DNA from: a virus
Reading direction: 5' to 3' (one strand)
Virus record (IMG/VR): IMGVR_UViG_3300044675_002751
Span: 24,090-88,089 of that record
Length of the DNA: 64,000 nucleotides
The notes beneath the pieces are model-generated. The model searched no databases. It worked only from the letters and a program-made list of their open reading frames with translations, and was not told where the DNA came from. Positions 55,429-64,000 of this stretch are shown here, piece by piece. The translations under genes and the position numbers were made by a program. How positions within the stretch are numbered: the first letter of the stretch is position 1; the number at the start of each line of letters is the position of its first letter.

Positions 55429-56661
55429 TTAAATTAATGTAGCAGTTACAGAGGCAACAACCGGACAAGGAACCAGTATGGTTCTAACAGTAGACTTATT
55501 GCATTCCTTACCATCTTTAGTGATACATCCATTCACTGTTATAGTGTATGTAAGTGATGTATTTAAAGCTGCTCCGGATACACCAGATCCAGCTACAATA
55601 GCAGTGAACGTGTTATTACTGGAAGCAAGAGATACAAGATCAACCCTAAAATCTTTACTAGTAGTTCCGTCAGAAATAGTAACCAAAGATCCAAGCTGAC
55701 TGCAGTTAGAGAAACCGGCAGGAATAATCGTACCAGGGTTGAAATCCAAGTATACTTCCTGACGTAGATTATTTGCAGAAGCAGTGTAACCCAAAATAAA
55801 TTGAGTACAATCAACTTGAGAACAACAGTTCTTAAGATCATTTATAGCAGCTCTCATGTCACAAACTGTAATCCAAAGATTCTGAAAAGACTGAGCAATA
55901 TTAGTTATGCTGCCATTCCACCCTGCAACAGATGATAAAGTTCCTGCTTGACTAAGTGCGTTTTGTGCACCCAGGTTTGCACACTGCTGAGCAGCAGCTG
56001 CTGTAAGTGCATTATTTGTACCAAGAGCATTTCTAAGTAAGCAATACTGAGCTTCTAGTTCATCAAGAACAGTATTCATTGCAGTAGGTACAGCAGGTAA
56101 AATACAATTAGGAGTAACTTGAGGAAGAGTTACACCAGGAGCATTTTCAAGAGCAGTAATCCTAGTATTGTGACTAGCTATTTGAGAAGTATGCTGGTTA
56201 ACTAAAGTGTTAAGCTGGCAAACTTTCTGAGCAATAGTTAAAGAGTATTGATTATGAATAAGTTGTGTAACTGTCTGCCCCTGGTTGTTCTGATACTGTA
56301 AGCAAGTGGGCAACGCCAAAGTAGGCTCAGTGTAACTAGTTCCAGGAGTAATTCCTGCAATAGTTGTGTTAAGACAACACACCTTTCTAACAATGAAATC
56401 CAATACTGCTGACAGGGTCTTTTGAGTAGGAGCAGGATTACTAGCAGAACAAAAACTAACCAGGCAGGAAAGATCCAGGTCAGTCAGATCGTATGCATCA
56501 GCTATGTTGCACAGATCGGTTGCCATTTTATAGACTACGTCAGATACAGTGTCACCGTTGCAAAGGTTAAGGCACGGGATAGCAGGACCCTGCCAAACGA
56601 CACAATTGGAAGATACAGGAGAACAACCCTGCTCAGCAGTATTGGACTTAGTAGGTAACAT
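55429..56661 (-). CDS. Cys-rich fibre-like structural protein with coiled coil
   Basis: CSPVSSNCVVWQGP motif; heptad segment HTSQIASHNTRITALEN. Confidence 0.65.
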   Translation of the reverse strand: MLPTKSNTAEQGCSPVSSNCVVWQGPAIPCLNLCNGDTVSDVVYKMATDLCNIADAYDLTDLDLSCLVSFCSASNPAPTQKTLSAVLDFIVRKVCCLNTTIAGITPGTSYTEPTLALPTCLQYQNNQGQTVTQLIHNQYSLTIAQKVCQLNTLVNQHTSQIASHNTRITALENAPGVTLPQVTPNCILPAVPTAMNTVLDELEAQYCLLRNALGTNNALTAAAAQQCANLGAQNALSQAGTLSSVAGWNGSITNIAQSFQNLWITVCDMRAAINDLKNCCSQVDCTQFILGYTASANNLRQEVYLDFNPGTIIPAGFSNCSQLGSLVTISDGTTSKDFRVDLVSLASSNNTFTAIVAGSGVSGAALNTSLTYTITVNGCITKDGKECNKSTVRTILVPCPVVASVTATLI

Positions 56662-56714
56662 AGGGTATAGAATATTATAGTCTGGTCAATCCCAGGTTTA
56701 AGCTTAAGGTGTAG

Positions 56715-56730
56715 TCTACAATATAATATA
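56715..56730 (-). promoter_or_regulatory. Putative late promoter motif TATATTATATTGTAGA
   Basis: Lies just after a terminator and before the Cys-rich gene block; matches the 35338 and 51014 motifs. Confidence 0.5.
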
Positions 56731-56751
56731 CTGAATTTCTACAAGAAAAAC

Positions 56752-56781
56752 AAAAAACCACCCCCTGAAAAGGAGGTGGTT
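56752..56781 (-). terminator. Rho-independent terminator
   Basis: Minus strand AACCACCTCC-ttttca-GGGGGTGGTT followed by TTTT. Confidence 0.8.
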
Positions 56782-56807
56782 AAACACACTATATATAAAA
56801 TGACAGA

Positions 56808-57296
56808 CTAGTCTACAGTAACCAAGCGGAAAAAAGTCTCGTAGTTCTCTGAAGTTTCTACCTTCTCAAACTCATTGAGTTTGAATCCTTTATATTCTAC
56901 TTCCTTTTCAGTCTGAAGCAGCTCGTTAAACTCTGTCTCAAAAGACTGGAAGTCAGGGTTCATTTTTTTCTTACTCACCTTGCTACCATCTTCATTAGTA
57001 GTCTCAATAACTTTACCATCTTCATCAACCTCGTCTACAAGCATAGGAATCGTAAATCCACCCTTTCCATCATCTTTACCGTACTTACGGATCAGGTCGT
57101 TCTTAAGTTCTTCAACAGCTGCCTTCTCAGCTGCTACAGCCTTGCCAAGTGAAGACAACCAATACTTAGTTATTAAAGGTAGTTTTTCCTGGAGCAATCC
57201 CTGAGACGTCTTGGCTCCAGTCTGTGGGTTAACAACACCATTAAGTTCTGCGTCTAAGTTATAGAACTCAAACAATTTAAGTGTGATTTTTTCCAT
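56808..57296 (-). CDS. Hypothetical protein (DUF1617-like)
   Basis: LKNDLIRKYG...FETEFNELL pattern; has its own upstream element and terminator. Confidence 0.6.
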   Translation of the reverse strand: MEKITLKLFEFYNLDAELNGVVNPQTGAKTSQGLLQEKLPLITKYWLSSLGKAVAAEKAAVEELKNDLIRKYGKDDGKGGFTIPMLVDEVDEDGKVIETTNEDGSKVSKKKMNPDFQSFETEFNELLQTEKEVEYKGFKLNEFEKVETSENYETFFRLVTVD

Positions 57297-57320
57297 GGGT
57301 ATTAGATTATTAGTTTAAAC

Positions 57321-57350
57321 TTCTACAAATATAGATATATATTTGTAGAA
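57321..57350. promoter_or_regulatory. Perfect 13-bp inverted repeat containing the Bacteroidota -7 element TATATTTG on both strands
   Basis: TTCTACAAATATA-gata-TATATTTGTAGAA. Confidence 0.55.
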
Positions 57351-57424
57351 ATTATAAAAAATATTCACAGGTTATACACCTTTTAAATAAACTCCTTCCT
57401 AAAAAACAGTGTCTATATTAATAA

Positions 57425-57910
57425 TTAAGTGTAACATGCTGTAATTGCAGAACTGTACCCAGCACAAGAACCTCCATTAAAGACAGCAGATAGTATTTGA
57501 TAACTAGTAATTGGTTCTCCTGTAGGAGTAGCAAATACCTGACTAGATCCTACTGTTATAGAAGTATTAGCAGTCCCAGAAAGAAAATTAGTATCAGTAT
57601 AACTATATTCTATATCAATTTGACAACCTGTTGTTACAAGACTACCAGATCCTCCTGAACAATTTAAAAGAGATCTAAAACGTAATTGTTCTGATAAACT
57701 ACCCGCCAAATTTACTCCAATAAATAAGGAAGCATTACTACAACTAAATACAGCAGTGACAATACCACTTGCGTTTGCTTGGTAAACATTATCACCTACT
57801 CTATAAAACCCAGCTGGTGCGGTTATATTTAATTCATAGTTTGTGTATAAAACACAACCCATACCAAGTGGATCACAAACTGAATATATCTCAACACTAG
57901 AAAAAGCCAT
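57425..57910 (-). CDS. Putative tail-associated protein
   Basis: Ser/Thr/Cys-rich, beta-rich; APAGFY motif. Confidence 0.6.
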   Translation of the reverse strand: MAFSSVEIYSVCDPLGMGCVLYTNYELNITAPAGFYRVGDNVYQANASGIVTAVFSCSNASLFIGVNLAGSLSEQLRFRSLLNCSGGSGSLVTTGCQIDIEYSYTDTNFLSGTANTSITVGSSQVFATPTGEPITSYQILSAVFNGGSCAGYSSAITACYT

Positions 57911-57919
57911 AATACAAAT

Positions 57920-58765
57920 TTATGATTGAGTAAAAGTTGCTGTTTTACTTACTGGATCATAGTTTAAATAACCAAGTGTTTGAGAATTTGCAAATGATAT
58001 TGGATTACTACCCCCTGCTTCTGCTCGATTAGCTAACACAATAATATTTAATTTAACAAAGTCAGTTAAAACACTTCCACCACCGGGAAGCATATTAAAC
58101 TGTGATCCAACTGTAGGATTACCACCACTAAATGCATAAAATTCAACAGTAATTTCTCCAGTCAAACGAGCACCAAACCACCATGCATTCAATCTAAACC
58201 GTATTGGATTATCAGTTATTCCTGGATAAACATTTAAAAGTTTTCCGTAGTTAACAGAAAAAGCTTCTACTCCTGAAGAAGTGTTATCACCATTCCAATA
58301 AACAAACGCATCTTGAACTAATGTTGTATTATCAGGAACAGTATTAGATCCTTGAGCATAACCGATAGTATTACCTTGAACACCTCCTATACCAGTATTA
58401 CTAAAACTTGCAATAATATCTAAATCACTACCTGAAGTAGTTGGCCAACGAAGACGAACAATTACGTAGTCATGACTAGCTAATACAGGAGTGCAAGCAA
58501 TAGTACCAGAACATGCCTCTTGATAGCTTAAATTACTGTAACCTGTGCAGTTATAATAAATACATGGAATGGTATGATTATACGCAAACCATTCAGATAA
58601 AGAAGCTGGATTAGTTGCAGATGGTCTAAATATACTACATTGGTTTATAGGAGAATAAATTCCATCCTCTGCAGTATTGAGACTAACCTCTGCATTAGAC
58701 GCCCTACCCAGTTCTGTGTTTATTTGTGATAAACTTATAGGATTACCTTGATTAGGAAGTGCCAT
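57920..58765 (-). CDS. Tail fibre-associated protein
   Basis: MALP..GNPISLSQINTELG N-terminus, typical of genes following S74-containing fibres. Confidence 0.65.
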   Translation of the reverse strand: MALPNQGNPISLSQINTELGRASNAEVSLNTAEDGIYSPINQCSIFRPSATNPASLSEWFAYNHTIPCIYYNCTGYSNLSYQEACSGTIACTPVLASHDYVIVRLRWPTTSGSDLDIIASFSNTGIGGVQGNTIGYAQGSNTVPDNTTLVQDAFVYWNGDNTSSGVEAFSVNYGKLLNVYPGITDNPIRFRLNAWWFGARLTGEITVEFYAFSGGNPTVGSQFNMLPGGGSVLTDFVKLNIIVLANRAEAGGSNPISFANSQTLGYLNYDPVSKTATFTQS

Positions 58766-58768
58766 AAT

Positions 58769-61700
58769 TTATCTATTTTCTCCTAAATAATTAATCTGCT
58801 CTTGTAAGTTATCTATCTTAGCTTGTTGTTCTTTGATAGCTTCTATGAGTACCCCTACAATATTACCATAAGATACACCATACATACCGTCATCACCCTG
58901 GTTAACTACTTCAGGTAATACCTCAAGAACTTCTTGAGCTATGACACCGACCTTACGTGATTTGTCTTCAACATCAGTACGGTTATAAGTAACTCCTCTT
59001 AATTTGGAAACTATACTTACAGCATCTTGAACAGTTTCAATATTCTCTTTAACACGTTTGTCAGAAAAAGCAGTTATATCTCCAGACGCTACAATAGCAC
59101 CTGCTACATAAGTAGCTCCATTAAGATAAACCTTGTAAGAAGAACTTGTAGTAGCACCACCTATAGCCACACAATCATTAACAGCATTATAATACCAGTA
59201 CCATTTACCAATAGATTCTTTGTAAGCTCCACCACTACCATTAGCGTCAAACATAATACCATTGACACCACTATATCCGGAGTAAATACCATCATAGCCA
59301 GCCTTGTTACCTAAAATTTGAAACTGTCCGTAAGTACTTGTTGTGTTCACTTGAAAATGAGCTCCGTAATAATTTGGCCAGTACATACCGTGTGTACCGT
59401 TCATGGCAAACCATGTGTTCACGTCATAATAGTTACTAGCATTGAATACACTATTAGGTGCATTCATGTTACCAGATGTCCAAACCTGAACCCATGGATA
59501 CCAAGTTCCTGATTGTACTCTTCTAATCTTTAAATCATCTCCCCAAAAAGAGTGAGCAAGTTGAAATCCATAACCATCACCAGGTCCTGTCCATGCGTTA
59601 CCAGCAACATTAATCCAGTTCCACCAATCAGTTGTTGGCATACCTGTTACGCCTGAACCAAAATAAAACCCTGATGGATTAGTTGAATCAAGTCCATTTG
59701 CAGTATCATTTGTTTTGGCAGTAGATTTACCTCTAGCCCCATCACCATAAACAATTCGGCTTACATCAATACCACCTACTGTAGCAGCATTACCGCTAAT
59801 ACTAATTGCCCATGTACCACTTGCTCCTGAACCGGTCAAACTTGGAGCATAAGCTGTATAGTTACTACTGTTAAGATAGTAAACCCAGTTACCAAACGTT
59901 CCATTTTGTACATTTCTTGTAGCAAGACGGTTTGCATTATCTTCCCATCCCCATGCTACTTGGGTGCCCCACAAAGCACTTGAATTATAATGTCTAAAGT
60001 TTTCAACAAACCACCATGAACCACCTGGACTATTAGATATACTGGCATCATCTCCCAGATATCTATACGTACCGGCAGCAGTATTAGAAAAATCTGTGTT
60101 ATAGTTACCAGAAGTACCACCTCTGCTAATAAAGTTACTACTACTCAAAGATGTAGCTGTAGCAGCATTGCCACTAATGCTTATTCCCCAGGTTCCGGAA
60201 GCACCTGTTCCTGTAAGAGTTGGTGAGTAAGAATTATAGTTACCAGCGTGTAATAAGTTATACCATGTTCCCCAAGTAGAGTCAATACCTTTTCTTAATC
60301 TTAAACCAGGAAGTCCTGCACCATCCTGTCCACTTTCGTTTATAAACGCAAGTTGGTAAGAAGAGTCTCCTGTACTTACAGTGGTACCAGTCCATGGAGT
60401 AAATGACATTACACCAGCATAGTTTCCTGTTCCACCAACAAAACTTGCTCCTACAAAATCAAAGTTTACACTTCTTGCAAGAGTAGTAGGAGTTCTGTTT
60501 GTAAGATCTCTTGGTCCATCATTAAATACTATTCGTAAAGCATCAGTGGCAGAATACGCACTTCCTGTTACATTAATAGCCCATGTACCGGACGCCCCTG
60601 TACCTGTAAGACTTGGAGCATAGGAGTTCCAATTGGCGGCATGTAAAGTTTGATTACCGTTTACAGTGACATTAAATGCATTAAAGTTTCCTACAGCATC
60701 AAATGAACCAAGTGTAGTATAATTAAGAGTTCTTCCAGCTGTTCCACTAGGGGCACCATAAAAAGTAAAACCACCATTACCAAATACCAGATAACTTGAA
60801 GTGTCAGTACCAGGTGCAATCCAACTACCTCCTGTTGTGGTGTGACGAACATTATAACCAATACCAGAATAGCTACTTCCTGAATATCCTGCTACTACCC
60901 CCCTACCTTCATTACCTGCAGATCCAAGGTTTACATTGTAACTACCAACGTTAACATCCCAAAAGTTATTAGCTCCTATAGAAGTAGTTGTAGTATTTCC
61001 TCTTCCTGTTACTGTAGCAAGAGTCTCAGAAGCTGCTGTACCTGTTACGTTTATACCCCAGGTGCCGGTTGCTCCAACGCCTGATAATGTAGGAGAATAC
61101 GAGTTATAGTTTCCACTATTTAAAAAAGTAATCCAACTTGTCCAGCTACCTTGGTAACGACCTCTCATTTTAATGTCATTACCCGGAAGACCATATGCAA
61201 TAGCAAGCTGAGTTACGTTACCTGTACCATTCTTACTAGAATACTCTAAATTAAAGGGATGGTAATAACTACCAGCAAGACCAAAACCATTTGTAGCATT
61301 ACCTAAAAGAAGTGTAGCACTTGATCCAGGTTGTGTATTTGAAACATCATTCCAGTCCAAAGTTCCGGAAGTGGTTGTAGCTCCAAATAAGTTTTTAACA
61401 AAAATAGTGTTTGCAATAGCAGTGGAGTAATCACCTATAGCTTGTGTAGTAGCAAAAGAAGCATTAGTAGCATTTGTAGCTGATGTTGCACTGGTAGCTG
61501 TGGCTGCGTTACCGTTAAGTGTTGCTGTAATAGTTCCTGCACTAAAGTTACCAGAGCCGTCACGAGAAACAAGAGTGTTTCCTACATTAGAGTTAGTTTC
61601 ATATCCTGCACTACTATCATTTAATAAAAGAGTAACTCCGTTGGTAAATCTAAATACACCTGGACTGTCTCCATTTCTAACACATAGTAATAACCAGTTA

Positions 61701-62419
61701 TAAGGTACTGTAACGTTAGCAGTATAACTTACCACTCTAAAGTTTGCTGCAACACTTGCGTTACTACTTCCAAACGGTAAAATATAATACAAAGCTTCCC
61801 ATGCTGCCAGCGGTATACCAGTAGCTCCTACTGTTTTATTACTAGCTCCACCAACACCTGTTATTACAGTACCAGCTGTTGGAACATTAATATCAAAAAA
61901 TCCAGAAACAGCTGATGTAGCTGATCTTCCGTTACAAATAACAATTAATCTATTGGTCCAGTTTATATTACCAGAAGCGTCTACAGATATAGTCCCACCA
62001 CCGGTAATATTCATACCAGCACGAAGACCAGGAACAATAAGATCGTCTGTCTCTGTTTCTGTAAAATATCTATCATCATGAATATGAGATGACAACGAGT
62101 AGACGCTAGAATTTAAACTACCATCCGCCATTACAAACTGAGCAGATGTACCTGTAATATATGATATTGCTGTACCGGCTGTTCTAACAAAACCAGTTCC
62201 GTTTAATATAGTAGGAACACTTGCAGAAAGAATATTACCAGAAGCATCAAAAGCAAGATAACCAACAACAGTTCCTGGAAAAGACGAAGTAGTTAAATAG
62301 CCTGTTAGTTTCAACTGTCCAGGAATAGACAGCTGTGCAGGTAACGTTACATTACCTGAAGCATCATAACTAACAATGTTATTAATATTGGACGTCCGTC
62401 TCTGTTTGTTCATTGCCAT
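58769..62419 (-). CDS. Tail fibre with C-terminal peptidase S74 intramolecular chaperone
   Basis: FSDKRVKENI..LRGVTY..GVIAQEV..VSYGNIVGVLIEAIKE; repeated GASGTW linkers. Confidence 0.88.
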   Translation of the reverse strand: MAMNKQRRTSNINNIVSYDASGNVTLPAQLSIPGQLKLTGYLTTSSFPGTVVGYLAFDASGNILSASVPTILNGTGFVRTAGTAISYITGTSAQFVMADGSLNSSVYSLSSHIHDDRYFTETETDDLIVPGLRAGMNITGGGTISVDASGNINWTNRLIVICNGRSATSAVSGFFDINVPTAGTVITGVGGASNKTVGATGIPLAAWEALYYILPFGSSNASVAANFRVVSYTANVTVPYNWLLLCVRNGDSPGVFRFTNGVTLLLNDSSAGYETNSNVGNTLVSRDGSGNFSAGTITATLNGNAATATSATSATNATNASFATTQAIGDYSTAIANTIFVKNLFGATTTSGTLDWNDVSNTQPGSSATLLLGNATNGFGLAGSYYHPFNLEYSSKNGTGNVTQLAIAYGLPGNDIKMRGRYQGSWTSWITFLNSGNYNSYSPTLSGVGATGTWGINVTGTAASETLATVTGRGNTTTTSIGANNFWDVNVGSYNVNLGSAGNEGRGVVAGYSGSSYSGIGYNVRHTTTGGSWIAPGTDTSSYLVFGNGGFTFYGAPSGTAGRTLNYTTLGSFDAVGNFNAFNVTVNGNQTLHAANWNSYAPSLTGTGASGTWAINVTGSAYSATDALRIVFNDGPRDLTNRTPTTLARSVNFDFVGASFVGGTGNYAGVMSFTPWTGTTVSTGDSSYQLAFINESGQDGAGLPGLRLRKGIDSTWGTWYNLLHAGNYNSYSPTLTGTGASGTWGISISGNAATATSLSSSNFISRGGTSGNYNTDFSNTAAGTYRYLGDDASISNSPGGSWWFVENFRHYNSSALWGTQVAWGWEDNANRLATRNVQNGTFGNWVYYLNSSNYTAYAPSLTGSGASGTWAISISGNAATVGGIDVSRIVYGDGARGKSTAKTNDTANGLDSTNPSGFYFGSGVTGMPTTDWWNWINVAGNAWTGPGDGYGFQLAHSFWGDDLKIRRVQSGTWYPWVQVWTSGNMNAPNSVFNASNYYDVNTWFAMNGTHGMYWPNYYGAHFQVNTTSTYGQFQILGNKAGYDGIYSGYSGVNGIMFDANGSGGAYKESIGKWYWYYNAVNDCVAIGGATTSSSYKVYLNGATYVAGAIVASGDITAFSDKRVKENIETVQDAVSIVSKLRGVTYNRTDVEDKSRKVGVIAQEVLEVLPEVVNQGDDGMYGVSYGNIVGVLIEAIKEQQAKIDNLQEQINYLGENR
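59783..61120 (-). repeat. Four ~30-aa tail-fibre linker repeats (NYNSYxPxLTGxGASGTWxIxxxGxA)
   Basis: Copies at about 61031-61120, 60554-60643, 60161-60250 and 59783-59872. Confidence 0.85.
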
Positions 62420-62444
62420 CTTGCCAAAAATTGAATGTTAAATA

Positions 62445-62732
62445 TTACTCACTAACCAATACCAAATTAAGTTTATCAGCTACATACGCATAAGCTGCAG
62501 CATTGCTATCATCCCAATCTTGGTAATCTTGTCCAGACATATGCACTGAACCTGATGATACTGGATATTGCATTACAAGTCCACCCTCTTCTAGCGGTTG
62601 TTGAACATGTTGAAGTGAATAGCTAAATGTAGCTGTAGCTTGCATATCATCATACGATATGTAACATGAAAGTTTGGTAGCAAGTTTTGCTTCTCCGTTG
62701 TTCCAAACTGAAATAGGCTCAATAGTTCTCAT
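62445..62732 (-). CDS. Hypothetical tail-fibre-associated protein
   Basis: 95 aa; IEPISVW..GQDYQDWD..AYVADKLNL. Confidence 0.65.
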   Translation of the reverse strand: MRTIEPISVWNNGEAKLATKLSCYISYDDMQATATFSYSLQHVQQPLEEGGLVMQYPVSSGSVHMSGQDYQDWDDSNAAAYAYVADKLNLVLVSE

Positions 62733-62747
62733 AGTTTTATGTTTTAT

Positions 62748-63500
62748 TTAAAGTCCAAAAAATCCAAGTGTTCCCATAGGGTCAAAGCTTGAAGCCATTA
62801 CGTTTACAGCCGACTCTCTAAGTCTTACCATAAATGCCGTACCTGTATGAGATGCTGCAAGTGTTGACGCATATACCGGAGCTGCTGTAGACGTACCAGC
62901 TGTTGCAAGTCTGTATCCACCACTCATTGCCATCTGGTCACGGTTGGTATTAACTAAGTCGTTTGTTGGTGACTCTGTGAACGTACCAAATGTTACACCT
63001 GTTGCAGAAATAGAAATAGCAGACTGAGTACCTGCGTCAGAACGTATAGCCGCATAACCTACCGCCATATCATTGGTTGTAATACCAAAATTGGTAGATG
63101 CTGTCACACTAAATCCAGTACCTGCTGTAGCATCCCCACCTCCCGCTCCTACTGGAAAATCCCAGAATAAATTAGCATCTTTCTGAAACACAATAATAAC
63201 ACCACCAACAGCTTCGTTAGCAGTTTCATTCACAAGAGGATTTGTCTCTGATCCAGTATGCACCTTGTAAAATGCAGTGACTCTCATAGATCCAAGGTCT
63301 GTATCTGACGCAACTGTTCCATTTGTTGCAAATCCTATAAGAGTCCAACCTGCTGGCATTGTTTGCACAGAGTTATACTCTTTACATCCAACAAAACACA
63401 ACATTATGTCTCCCGCTACTGCACCAGCAGGAATAGCAGGTGTAATAGTAGCATTACCAGCACTAGCATATGCACCTGTTGCTCTTATAGATATTGCCAT
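62748..63500 (-). CDS. Putative virion surface protein
   Basis: Ala/Thr/Gly-rich beta protein (PAGAVAGD, PAGWTLI). Confidence 0.65.
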   Translation of the reverse strand: MAISIRATGAYASAGNATITPAIPAGAVAGDIMLCFVGCKEYNSVQTMPAGWTLIGFATNGTVASDTDLGSMRVTAFYKVHTGSETNPLVNETANEAVGGVIIVFQKDANLFWDFPVGAGGGDATAGTGFSVTASTNFGITTNDMAVGYAAIRSDAGTQSAISISATGVTFGTFTESPTNDLVNTNRDQMAMSGGYRLATAGTSTAAPVYASTLAASHTGTAFMVRLRESAVNVMASSFDPMGTLGFFGL

Positions 63501-63505
63501 ATACC

Positions 63506-63703
63506 TTAGAAATAGTTTGAGTAAGCACCTGTCTGAAGATCATCAATAATCTCCTGGTCAGTCATAGTATCTGGATAAGTGAAAGGACTTCTTGATAGCT
63601 GAGCCACTCTCACACCGTTGTCATATACATTACATTCTGCTATGAGATTAACGTTTCCGTTACCGTCAGCTACCTTATTAAATAGTTCTATTATTTTTTC
63701 CAT
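63506..63703 (-). CDS. Hypothetical protein
   Basis: 65-aa ORF tightly spaced between neighbours. Confidence 0.6.
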   Translation of the reverse strand: MEKIIELFNKVADGNGNVNLIAECNVYDNGVRVAQLSRSPFTYPDTMTDQEIIDDLQTGAYSNYF

Positions 63704-63706
63704 AGG

Positions 63707-64000
63707 TTATGGTATTTCGTATCCTTGTACTTGAATATATACGGTCATTGCTGCGGAAGTAGTCACACGCAGTATATGATCAGATGTTGTAGAACAGAAA
63801 GGACTTTTTAAAGCTTTTACAACACCCGGTCTAGCAGTTGTAGAGGGAGCAAATTCACCTCTAAACAAAACAGGATCTGTACCAGCAGAATAGGTAGTAT
63901 CTGCAGAAGCTCCCTGCCAAACAGTAACTATACCAGCTGTTGTGCCACCGGTAGCAATAGTCAAATCAGTAACAACAAACTTTCTGGTAGATGTAGGTGT
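63707..64000 (-). CDS. Putative structural protein, 5'-truncated by the window edge
   Basis: Frame is open to base 64000 (TPTSTRKFVVTDLT...). Confidence 0.65.
   Translation of the reverse strand, partial: TPTSTRKFVVTDLTIATGGTTAGIVTVWQGASADTTYSAGTDPVLFRGEFAPSTTARPGVVKALKSPFCSTTSDHILRVTTSAAMTVYIQVQGYEIP

Noticed and set aside
57321-57354. Minus-strand TAATTTCTAC...TGTAGA resembling a Cas12a repeat (CRISPR array or RNA anti-CRISPR)
   Set aside because: Single copy, stem much longer than the Cas12a handle, no spacers or cas genes. Better explained by the local TGTAGA motif and host -7 promoter element.
58769-62419. Diversity-generating retroelement or invertible shufflon acting on the tail fibre
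   Set aside because: No reverse transcriptase, recombinase or adenine-specific template/variable repeat pair is visible; the repeats are diverged, in-frame and direct.
1-64000. Stop-codon reassignment, common in some crAss-like phages
   Set aside because: Giant ORFs are intact in the standard code, coding density is high, and TAA, TAG and TGA all end genes at tight junctions.
10482-64000. Many 60-160 aa ORFs antisense to or nested within the large genes
   Set aside because: Shadow ORFs with no recognisable motifs, lying within well-supported genes.
1-64000. tRNA, rRNA or other structured RNA genes
   Set aside because: Intergenic gaps are short (under about 170 nt) and none shows a cloverleaf or other recognisable RNA by eye; a covariance-model scan would be needed to exclude them fully.

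Overview
64-kb segment of a crAss-like (Crassvirales-related) Bacteroidota phage genome in the standard genetic code. Bases 1-10480 (+ strand) are a tightly coupled replication/nucleotide-metabolism operon: family B DNA polymerase, DUF932-like protein, dNMP kinase, spore-photoproduct-lyase-family radical SAM enzyme, metallophosphoesterase, HAD-like protein, ThyX, dCTP deaminase and a cyclic-phosphate receiver-like protein. Bases 10482-64000 (- strand) are the virion module. In transcription order it holds tail fibre and Cys-rich decoration genes, an IHF-like gene, tail ring and muzzle-like genes, several cargo proteins, and three giant ejection proteins (1470, 3199 and 2504 aa), the middle one being the virion RNA polymerase. 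Main observations: (1) the three giant proteins total 7173 aa but have only four cysteines, placed exactly tail-to-head at the two gene junctions, suggesting a disulfide-linked chain of ejected proteins; (2) three adjacent cargo genes are strings of unrelated modules (lysozyme-like, ART-like, kinase-like, small basic viral domains) separated by a recurrent [MFYWK]-x-x-G-G motif, suggesting processed or tagged effector polyproteins; (3) an Hsp90/GHKL ATPase is inserted at the N-terminus of the last ejection protein. All family assignments are from motifs recognised by eye; no searches were run.
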